34,273 nt of DNA. Source: a virus (taxonomy: Duplodnaviria > Caudoviricetes). The stretch is from positions 1 to 34,273 of the IMG/VR virus record IMGVR_UViG_3300036546_000386; one strand, given 5' to 3'. Shown piece by piece: positions 27,544 through 34,273 of this stretch. The position numbers were made by a program, and so were the translations under genes. The first letter of the stretch is position 1, and every line of letters starts with the position of its first letter. The notes beneath the pieces are model-generated. The model worked only from the letters and a program-made list of their open reading frames with translations, did no database searches and was not told the origin of the DNA.

Positions 27544-27885
27544 ATGCAAAAAAAGAAAATAGAAGATGGTGTAATGCCAATAGAAGAGAGAGTAGATAGT
27601 AGAAAGATAGTATTTGAAAAACCAATAATGCTTGAGGGCGAAGAGTACAAAGAAGTTACTATGAGAAGACCTAAAGGTAAAGATTTGATGCTTTTAGAAA
27701 ATATCCAAGGTGGTCCTTTTATGAGAGATATGTTTCTTATCTCTCATTTATGTGGTTTAAAAGTAAAACCTGACGCTCTATTGGAAGTTGACGCTGTAGA
27801 GGTTAGACAACTTCAAGGTGAACTAAAAGCTTTTTTGCTGACTACTCAAGCTCAGATGATGTTATTACAGCAGTTTCAAAAATAG
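27544..27885 (+). CDS. tail assembly chaperone (P2 E / Mu gp41-like)
   Basis: VTMRRPKGKD; between tube and tape measure. Confidence 0.88.
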   Translation: MQKKKIEDGVMPIEERVDSRKIVFEKPIMLEGEEYKEVTMRRPKGKDLMLLENIQGGPFMRDMFLISHLCGLKVKPDALLEVDAVEVRQLQGELKAFLLTTQAQMMLLQQFQK

Positions 27886-28007
27886 GTCATTGGCTACATT
27901 TTGGACTGAAGGAGTTGCTTGATTTGGATTTAAGTTCTTTAAAATCATTTCATAAAAGAGCAACAGAAATAGAAAAAGCGTATTTTAAACCAAGGGAGAG
28001 AAAATAG
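27831..28007 (+). other. -1 programmed frameshift site (T TTT TTG) and E'-type extension
   Basis: -1 frame open to TAG 28005-07: ...IGHWLHFGLKELLDLDLSSLKSFHKRA... Confidence 0.85.
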
Positions 28008-29828
28008 ATGAGTACATTATTAAATATCGGTATTTTATTAAGTGCTACAGATATGTTCTCTCCAGCTTTAAATAGTGCAACAGGAAACTTATCTACTTTT
28101 GACAATAAGGTCAAAAACACAAGTGCTGATATGCTAAAACTAAGTACTGCAGCACTTGCTGTGGGGGAAGGTGTCACTGGAAAATTGAGTAACTTTTTTG
28201 GAGATAGTCAAGACTTAAGAGCAGCTCAAGGTGAACTTAAAACCTTGGGGCTTATGGGTGATGGACTTAAGAGTGTTACTTCTTCAGCGATGGATTTTTC
28301 CAATCAATTTGCTGGTACTACTGCTCCTGAGTTTATTCGTGCATCTTATGATATAAAATCAGGGATAAGTTCACTTTCTGATGTAGCTGTTGGAAAGTTT
28401 ACGAGTATCTCTGCAATGACAGCTTTGGCAACTCTTTCTACTACCTCAGAAATGACGAACCTCTTTGCAACAGGGTTTGGAATATATCGTAAACAGTTTG
28501 ATGAGTTTGGACTCCAAACAATACAAGGCTGGAATGCTTTATCTGATGAAGAAAAAGATATAAAATTTGGACAGTACTTTTCTGCTGGTATCTCTTCAGC
28601 TGTACAAGTGTTTAAAACTAAGGGTTCACAAATGAGTGCTGCTCTTTCTAATCTGGGAGCAAATGCTACAAGTGCTGGAATAAGTTTTGCTGAGCAGTTG
28701 TCTATCTTAGGTCAGCTACAAAAGACTATGACAGGTAGTGAAGCTGCTACAAAATACCGAGCCTTTTTAAATACTGCATATAGTGCTGGAGATAAGTTAG
28801 GGCTTACTTTTACAAATGCAAATAATGAGTTGCTTTCTATGCCTGAAATTTTAACTATGTTAAAAGATAAGTATGGAAATACCATTGATGCAATGGAGAG
28901 TAATGAGCTTAAAAATGCATTTGGTACAGATGAAGCTGTTAGTTTAATAAAGCAGTTATATCCTGAAACTGATACTTTAACTAAAAATATAAATAAGATG
29001 AACCTATCTTTACAAGAGGGAACTAAAAAAACAAGAGATATGGCAAATGCTGCCAATGAAGGAAAAGAGCAAGAGGTCTATGAACAAAGAATTAATAATC
29101 TAACTGCAGCTATTGGTAGTGGATTTGCTCCTGTAATGTTAACAACTATGGATATCATGGGTAGTGCCGCTGTTGTATTATCTGATTTTATGAATGAACA
29201 TGAGACTTTAACTACAGCTATTGTTTCTGTTATTGGTGTAGGTGGTGGATTACTTACAGTTATAGGGAGCTTAGGAGTTATTGCTAGTGGAGCTTCTTTT
29301 GTGATGCCTTTTTTAAGTGGTGGACTTGGTATTGTAAGTACTTCTTTTGGAGTTGCAACAGCAGCGACTAGAGGATTTACAGCTGCTTTAATAAGTAACC
29401 CTGTAGTTGCTATTGCAACAGGAGTAGCTATGGCTGCTTATTTGATATATGAAAATTGGGATGGTATTGTAGGGTTCTTTTCTGATATATGGACTAGTAT
29501 AAAAGAAGAGGCAGCTCCTGTTTTAGAGTTCATAGAAAATGGAATAAATACAGTAAGTGAATTATTTGGTTTTGGAGATGATAAGCAAATAGCTGTAACT
29601 ACAAATGGAAATCAAGGAGCTGTAAAAGTACAACAGGAAGTGATGGGTCAAGCTGTTAGCTCTGATAATCAAGCTATTTATAATAATAAAAAAGAGAGTG
29701 TAACAAAAGTATATAAAAGTGAAGATACTTTTCATGTGACTGTTGCAAATCCAAGCTCTAATGTAGATGTTGTTGAAGCAATGGAAGATTATAAAAAAAG
29801 ACAAAGAAATAGAAGTTTTGAGGATTGA
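28008..29828 (+). CDS. tail tape measure protein
   Basis: Ala/Gly-rich, ASYDIKSGI, GSEAATKYRAF, LIYENWD. Confidence 0.92.
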   Translation: MSTLLNIGILLSATDMFSPALNSATGNLSTFDNKVKNTSADMLKLSTAALAVGEGVTGKLSNFFGDSQDLRAAQGELKTLGLMGDGLKSVTSSAMDFSNQFAGTTAPEFIRASYDIKSGISSLSDVAVGKFTSISAMTALATLSTTSEMTNLFATGFGIYRKQFDEFGLQTIQGWNALSDEEKDIKFGQYFSAGISSAVQVFKTKGSQMSAALSNLGANATSAGISFAEQLSILGQLQKTMTGSEAATKYRAFLNTAYSAGDKLGLTFTNANNELLSMPEILTMLKDKYGNTIDAMESNELKNAFGTDEAVSLIKQLYPETDTLTKNINKMNLSLQEGTKKTRDMANAANEGKEQEVYEQRINNLTAAIGSGFAPVMLTTMDIMGSAAVVLSDFMNEHETLTTAIVSVIGVGGGLLTVIGSLGVIASGASFVMPFLSGGLGIVSTSFGVATAATRGFTAALISNPVVAIATGVAMAAYLIYENWDGIVGFFSDIWTSIKEEAAPVLEFIENGINTVSELFGFGDDKQIAVTTNGNQGAVKVQQEVMGQAVSSDNQAIYNNKKESVTKVYKSEDTFHVTVANPSSNVDVVEAMEDYKKRQRNRSFED

Positions 29829-30196
29829 TGATGTTAGGAATGATAGGTGAGTATAAATTTGAGATGACAAAAACACAGCTGCAGTCTATATCTGAAGAGA
29901 TAGACTTTGGTATTGTGAGCTCTTTTAGGATTGGAAACTATCCTAAACATCAAGCCCCTTCTAAAGGAAAAAGAGCATTTACTTTATCAGGAACTCTTAT
30001 CATGCAAAGTATAAAAGAGCTTGAGAGTTTAAGAGAACTAGGTGAGGTTCAAAAGCCAGTTGTCTTATCTCTTCCAAGTTTACCTACAATACAAGTAATG
30101 ATGATGGGTTTATCTACAAATAAATCTAACTTTTTGAATACAGGTGAACACTTAGAACAAAGTTTTACTTTGAAGCTTGAGAGGTATTTTAAATGA
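29825..30196 (+). CDS. P2 gpU-like tail protein
   Basis: G.Y.F, TLSG, FTLKLERY. Confidence 0.85.
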   Translation: MMMLGMIGEYKFEMTKTQLQSISEEIDFGIVSSFRIGNYPKHQAPSKGKRAFTLSGTLIMQSIKELESLRELGEVQKPVVLSLPSLPTIQVMMMGLSTNKSNFLNTGEHLEQSFTLKLERYFK

Positions 30197-30396
30197 TTGT
30201 ATATATCAAACAAAAGAATAAAACACTAAATGATGTAGTACTAGAACACTATGGCGACTTAAGTCATTTGGATGATGTTATTGCTTTAAATCCAAAGCTT
30301 TTATCTAAGGTAATTTTAGATTTGGGAGATCATGTTGATTTGCCTGAGTTTGAAGAGAAAGCTCAAGTGCAAGAAGTAAAAGCTTTGTGGAGTTAA
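30193..30396 (+). CDS. tail protein X
   Basis: HYG, V..LNP.L, G..V.LP, terminal LW. Confidence 0.88.
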   Translation: MIVYIKQKNKTLNDVVLEHYGDLSHLDDVIALNPKLLSKVILDLGDHVDLPEFEEKAQVQEVKALWS

Positions 30397-30397
30397 G

Positions 30398-31339
30398 ATG
30401 CAAATACAATATAAAATAGAAGCCAATGGTGTAGATGTAACGCAACAGCTTAATAGTGAAACTTCAGAGATAAGCTTTAGCGATGAAGATGGAACTGTAT
30501 CGGATGAGATAACCTTAAGAGTTGAAGGCTTACATAAAAGACCAAAGACAGGAGATGAACTTAAACTTTGGCTTGGAACTAAAGAAAAGGGACTTTTTTA
30601 TTGTGGTATGTTCAAAGTCTCAAGAACTCCACTTACTTATGGAAAAGAGAACTTTTTAGGTATTACAGCAACTGCTGTTGATTTTTCTAAAAATTTGAAA
30701 GTTAAAAGAAGCCAATCTTATGAGAACTGTTCTATTAAAGAGATATGTGAGATAGTAGCTAAGAGACATGAATTAATCCTAAAGAGCGATTTTGAAGATA
30801 TCTATATACTTCATATAGAACAAACTACTGAGAGTGATTTGCACTTTTTAAAAAGAATAGCCTCTGAGTATAACGCTTTATTTTCTATAAAAAACAATAC
30901 TTTGGTATTTCAAAAAAGAATTAAAGATGATAAAAAATCTGCTGATTTACCTAGATTTACTTTAAAAAAAAGTGATAACAATAATATAAGAATAGAACCT
31001 ACAAATAAGAGTTCATACAATAGCTGTAAAGCTGTATGGCGAGATACAAAAGAGAATAAACAAAAAAGTGTAACTGTAGGTGATGGTGAACCAATATATT
31101 GGATTAAAGATGCCTTTGAAAGTGAAGCTGATGCAAAAGCAAAAGCAATGGCTGCTTTACAAAAAGCAAATGCTGGAACAAAAGATGGAACTATAAAGTG
31201 TGATGGTTTTGAAATATATGCTGGTGGAATCTTAGACCTTACAGGAACACTAGAAGATGATGATGAATACAATATTAAAAAGGTAGATCATACTGTCAAT
31301 AGTAGTGGTTGGAAAATAAGTATAAAAGTAGAAAACTAA
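30398..31339 (+). CDS. late control D / baseplate hub protein
   Basis: D.DG..SD, Q..ESD..FL.R.A, V.H.....GW. Confidence 0.9.
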   Translation: MQIQYKIEANGVDVTQQLNSETSEISFSDEDGTVSDEITLRVEGLHKRPKTGDELKLWLGTKEKGLFYCGMFKVSRTPLTYGKENFLGITATAVDFSKNLKVKRSQSYENCSIKEICEIVAKRHELILKSDFEDIYILHIEQTTESDLHFLKRIASEYNALFSIKNNTLVFQKRIKDDKKSADLPRFTLKKSDNNNIRIEPTNKSSYNSCKAVWRDTKENKQKSVTVGDGEPIYWIKDAFESEADAKAKAMAALQKANAGTKDGTIKCDGFEIYAGGILDLTGTLEDDDEYNIKKVDHTVNSSGWKISIKVEN

Positions 31340-31348
31340 GGAGAAAAG

Positions 31349-31519
31349 ATGTTTAATTATATAATTATGTCTCACATAATAGGATTGTTACTTATTTGTA
31401 TGTATTCAAATTGGCAAACATCTGTTGGAGTATTTATAATAACAGTTTGTCATCTAGTTATACAGATTGCAATTGCTAAAAAACTACGAATAACTGCAAA
31501 TAATATAAATAAAAAGTAA
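31349..31519 (+). CDS. small two-TM membrane protein (56 aa; not in ORF track)
   Basis: AAGGAG RBS; MFNYIIMSHIIGLLLICMYSNWQTSVGVFIITVCHLVIQIAIAKK... Confidence 0.55.
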   Translation: MFNYIIMSHIIGLLLICMYSNWQTSVGVFIITVCHLVIQIAIAKKLRITANNINKK

Positions 31520-31594
31520 TCAATTCCCTCAAGCTAACTAAAACTATTATTTTAATTTAGGTACAATTTTTTAAATAAAAATTAAAGGAATTGT

Positions 31595-32248
31595 ATGGAC
31601 TTTATAACAATAATAGCTCTACTATTACTCTCATGGTCAATCTATGCATTAATAATGCATTCAAAAAATAAAAAACAAATTGAAAAAGAACTCAATCGTA
31701 AATTAACTTGGAATGAATATACTATGGTTAATAAAGGGCGTATTAGAGATAAACAACAAAAAGAAAAAACCTTTAGAAAAGAAGCCAAAAAATCTGAAGA
31801 ATCAATTATAGAAACTGAAATAGTGGAAGAAACAGAGGATAAAGAAGAGTATCCATATGGTACGCCTATAGAACTTATAGAAGCGTATGAAAGATATAAT
31901 TTTGATGAATTAAGAAGATTTCTTCAACAAATAGCTTATGGAATGGTATGTAAAGGTGTTACTCAAGAAGAGAAAGATGAGTTTACAAAAATTATGACTT
32001 ATTTTGCTAATCGTGACCCAATGTATAAAGAAATGATAGTAAAGCTTATCCCTATCATTGCAAAGCAAGAAGGTATCTTACAGTCTAAGATTTATCCATA
32101 TTTACCACAATATGGCACAGAACTTATACGATATGTTTTATATTTTGCCCATGAACTTGGGGATATAAGAAGAGAAAAGAAAGGTAGAAGTTATGAATTA
32201 TACACTTCTACTTATGTTAAACACGAAGTTTTAGAAAATAAGGTGTAA
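31595..32248 (+). CDS. membrane-anchored hypothetical protein (moron)
   Basis: N-terminal TM helix, AAGGA RBS, TACAAT upstream. Confidence 0.8.
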   Translation: MDFITIIALLLLSWSIYALIMHSKNKKQIEKELNRKLTWNEYTMVNKGRIRDKQQKEKTFRKEAKKSEESIIETEIVEETEDKEEYPYGTPIELIEAYERYNFDELRRFLQQIAYGMVCKGVTQEEKDEFTKIMTYFANRDPMYKEMIVKLIPIIAKQEGILQSKIYPYLPQYGTELIRYVLYFAHELGDIRREKKGRSYELYTSTYVKHEVLENKV

Positions 32249-32255
32249 GAACACC

Positions 32256-32465
32256 TTATTTAATATGAGGCTTGACTGCCTCAACAACTCTATCCATATC
32301 CTTGGCTTTGATGTAGTTTTCTAGCCAACTATCTACCCAAACAGGGACAGCGTCATTTCTTTTCCAATTCATAACGGTTTGATAAGGTAAACTTGAAGCT
32401 TCGGCAAATTCTTTTTTAGACATATCAACATCTTCTAATTTACCTTCAAATTCCATATTATTCAC
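32256..32465 (-). CDS. small XRE-like HTH regulator
   Basis: SKKEFA....LPYQTV.NWK...VP.WV.SWL; AAGGAGG RBS. Confidence 0.82.
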   Translation of the reverse strand: MNNMEFEGKLEDVDMSKKEFAEASSLPYQTVMNWKRNDAVPVWVDSWLENYIKAKDMDRVVEAVKPHIK

Positions 32466-32535
32466 TAAATACCTCCTTAGCTAGTGATTTAATATTAAAA
32501 TACTAACTTAAGATAGTTAAATAATAGTTTAAGTC

Positions 32536-32564
32536 TTGACAAATATCTTTAAATAATATATAAT
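32536..32564 (+). promoter_or_regulatory. consensus sigma70 promoter
   Basis: TTGACA-17-TATAAT. Confidence 0.85.
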
Positions 32565-32573
32565 TCTCTCATA

Positions 32574-32594
32574 AAACTAGTAAATCACTAGTTT
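32574..32594. promoter_or_regulatory. operator-like palindrome
   Basis: AAACTAGT-aaatc-ACTAGTTT; related CTAGTGATTT at 32481. Confidence 0.6.
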
Positions 32595-32617
32595 GTAAAT
32601 CAAACAAAGGTGTCAAA

Positions 32618-33400
32618 ATGAAAAAATTCGCAATTAAATTTCAAGATGATGTACAGTTAAACTTTTTGCTAGATGATAGGCATGAGTTTTTACTTACTAC
32701 CAAAGAGGTGGCTTTAGGTTACGGTGTAAATACTACAACGATAAGAAGACATAAGCAAAACCAGTCAGATGAATTGGTTAAAAGTAAGCATTGGGTTGTT
32801 CAAAGTATGAACACCCCTGGTGGAATTCAAAACCAAACCCTCTGGACAAAAAGAGGAATAATAAGACTAGGTTTCTTTATTAAAAGTGAAAGAGCCAAAA
32901 AATTTAGAGACTGGTGTGAAGATTTGATTATCAATTCTCAAAGAAAAAATGAACCACTAAATCAAAAGTCAGATATAGATGGTGACATAATGAAGTTTTA
33001 TGATATGTATGGAATCTTAAACCCAAACGCTGAGTTTTATATAGAACATATGGGATTCAAAGCCAAAGCTTATGTTGATGATACTTATGGATTTATCATA
33101 TCAACAGGTGAACTATCAAGAATCATGGGAGTAAAAGATTCAACGCTTAGAGTTCTTAAAAAGTATCATGGCGATAGACTAAAAGAAGATAAACACTTCG
33201 TAAAGTTTGGTTACAGCACTTGGTGGACACGAGAGGGTGCTGGATGGATAGCCTTGCATAACCGTGATGGAAGTTTTGGAAGATATTTACTAAGTGGAGA
33301 TTTAGATAAAAAGCTAGATATAGAAGCTCAATACTTAGATATGGAATCATTGGCACTACTTGATAGAGTAGTAGAATTATCAGCACTTGATACATTATAG
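32618..33400 (+). CDS. antirepressor-like DNA-binding protein with two related domains
   Basis: TTKEVA.GYGV...IRRHK, TPGG.Q..LWT.RG..RL.F..KSERAKKFRDW; second copy STGEL..IMGV...LR..KK...KHF...WWTREG. Confidence 0.75.
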   Translation: MKKFAIKFQDDVQLNFLLDDRHEFLLTTKEVALGYGVNTTTIRRHKQNQSDELVKSKHWVVQSMNTPGGIQNQTLWTKRGIIRLGFFIKSERAKKFRDWCEDLIINSQRKNEPLNQKSDIDGDIMKFYDMYGILNPNAEFYIEHMGFKAKAYVDDTYGFIISTGELSRIMGVKDSTLRVLKKYHGDRLKEDKHFVKFGYSTWWTREGAGWIALHNRDGSFGRYLLSGDLDKKLDIEAQYLDMESLALLDRVVELSALDTL

Positions 33401-33410
33401 GAGCTATATC

Positions 33411-33641
33411 ATGAATACAAACCAAATAGAAAAATTTAAAGCAAGTGTCGAAATAGAAAAAAATTTATTAAAATTGTCTTTTTTATCTGATACTATTTAT
33501 TTTTGGAATGCTGATTCAAGTCCATTAACAGTTGATCTACAAGCAGGATTTGCTCTATGTATGGAAGATGCAATTAAACAAATAGAAAAATTTACAAAAG
33601 TAATAGAAGATTGTAATCAAGGAGTATCAGATGAAGAATGA
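33411..33641 (+). CDS. hypothetical protein (paralog 1)
   Basis: AGGAG RBS; KLSFLSDTIYFWNAD. Confidence 0.75.
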   Translation: MNTNQIEKFKASVEIEKNLLKLSFLSDTIYFWNADSSPLTVDLQAGFALCMEDAIKQIEKFTKVIEDCNQGVSDEE

Positions 33642-33837
33642 AGAATTAACAAAAAATGATGCTATAGATAAGATAGATGGCATAGCTTCTAAACTTGAAT
33701 TTGTATCTGATTCAATCTATATATGGAATACAGATGCTCTTGATTTTAACTCTAGTCATAAAAATGGCTTTATCATTATTATGGAAGATATTATAAAAGA
33801 GATAAAGGAGTGTAGTTCAATATTAAGTAAACAATAA
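33631..33837 (+). CDS. hypothetical protein (paralog 2)
   Basis: AAGGAG RBS; KLEFVSDSIYIWNTD. Confidence 0.75.
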   Translation: MKNEELTKNDAIDKIDGIASKLEFVSDSIYIWNTDALDFNSSHKNGFIIIMEDIIKEIKECSSILSKQ

Positions 33838-33853
33838 CTCTCAAGGTGTATTT

Positions 33854-33956
33854 TATTTGCTAAAGAAATGTAAGTAAAATACACCTTATAACTACTATAT
33901 TTAAGTGTATTAACATTTCTAAAGCAAATAATTAACATTTCATAAGCCGTTTTACA
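33854..33956. repeat. putative attR: R3 (inverted), R2, R1 transposase sites and terminal CA
   Basis: ATTAACATTTC at 33909 and 33931 (22-bp period); inverted 17/20 copy at 33854-33873; CA at 33955-56. Confidence 0.75.
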
Positions 33957-34027
33957 ATTATGATAAACATAAATTTTAATATAATAAATCTAAATATGAT
34001 ATACTAAAATAAATTTATGGAATAAAT

Positions 34028-34273
34028 ATGGCAAAGATTACATTAGATATTGAAGATAAAAATTTAGATACTATTTTAACGATATTACAAAGTATAAAAA
34101 GTGAACTTATAACTGCTATTAATGTGGATGAAAAGGTATTAAGTAAAAAACCTTTTAAATATATACCAAAAAATGTAATTAAAAGAAGAATCAATTCTGA
34201 AACTGCGCCAATAAAAGGTACAGTGAGTTTAAAAGATGATTATAAAAAAAATCTTCAAAGTAAACTGTCATAA
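34028..34273 (+). CDS. hypothetical protein, probably host chromosome
   Basis: lies beyond putative attR. Confidence 0.65.
   Translation: MAKITLDIEDKNLDTILTILQSIKSELITAINVDEKVLSKKPFKYIPKNVIKRRINSETAPIKGTVSLKDDYKKNLQSKLS

Larger units (their letters stand above)
1..33956. mobile_element. Mu-like transposable prophage (left end outside window)
   Basis: MuA/MuB pair, GemA, Mor, Mu-type portal/F/G/I/gp36 head genes, P2-like tail, terminal repeats ending in CA at 33956. Confidence 0.95.

Noticed and set aside
1904-31272. Numerous opposite-strand ORFs in the track (e.g. 1904-2152, 13534-13929, 25843-26205, 30910-31272)
   Set aside because: Shadows fully overlapping well-supported genes, with Ser/Phe/Leu-rich antisense composition
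32256-32465. Primary Mu c immunity repressor
   Set aside because: Too short and at the wrong end; c is expected upstream of position 1

Overview
Most of a Mu-like transposable prophage from a low-GC host, probably Campylobacterota (inferred from AAGGA ribosome-binding sites, TGnTATAAT promoters and a CJIE1/CMLP1-like layout). Gene order: early region (Ner-position protein, MuA DDE transposase, MuB ATPase, DUF3164, GH108 lysozyme, many small ORFs, an HNH cassette, an AAA_25 helicase-like ATPase, GemA, Mor/C activator); an inverted head/packaging module (11484-20118); a holin plus P2-like contractile tail module (20283-31339); morons and an HTH/antirepressor unit; and a recognisable Mu-type right end (CA at 33955-33956). 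The left end and immunity repressor lie upstream of the window. The most interesting unexplained signals are non-coding: (i) a compact, probably pseudoknotted ~80-nt element with its own antisense promoter at the stop codon of a MuF-PBECR2 nuclease fusion that has no protein immunity gene; (ii) four covarying 41-nt bulged hairpins in the early operon, two of which bound an HNH cassette; (iii) boxA-like sites and a 23-bp long-range stem enclosing a gene pair; (iv) an iteron-like 3+3 inverted array after the helicase-like gene; (v) a GTGAA-N4-TTCAC motif at candidate late promoters. All family assignments are by eye from motifs and synteny; no searches were run.
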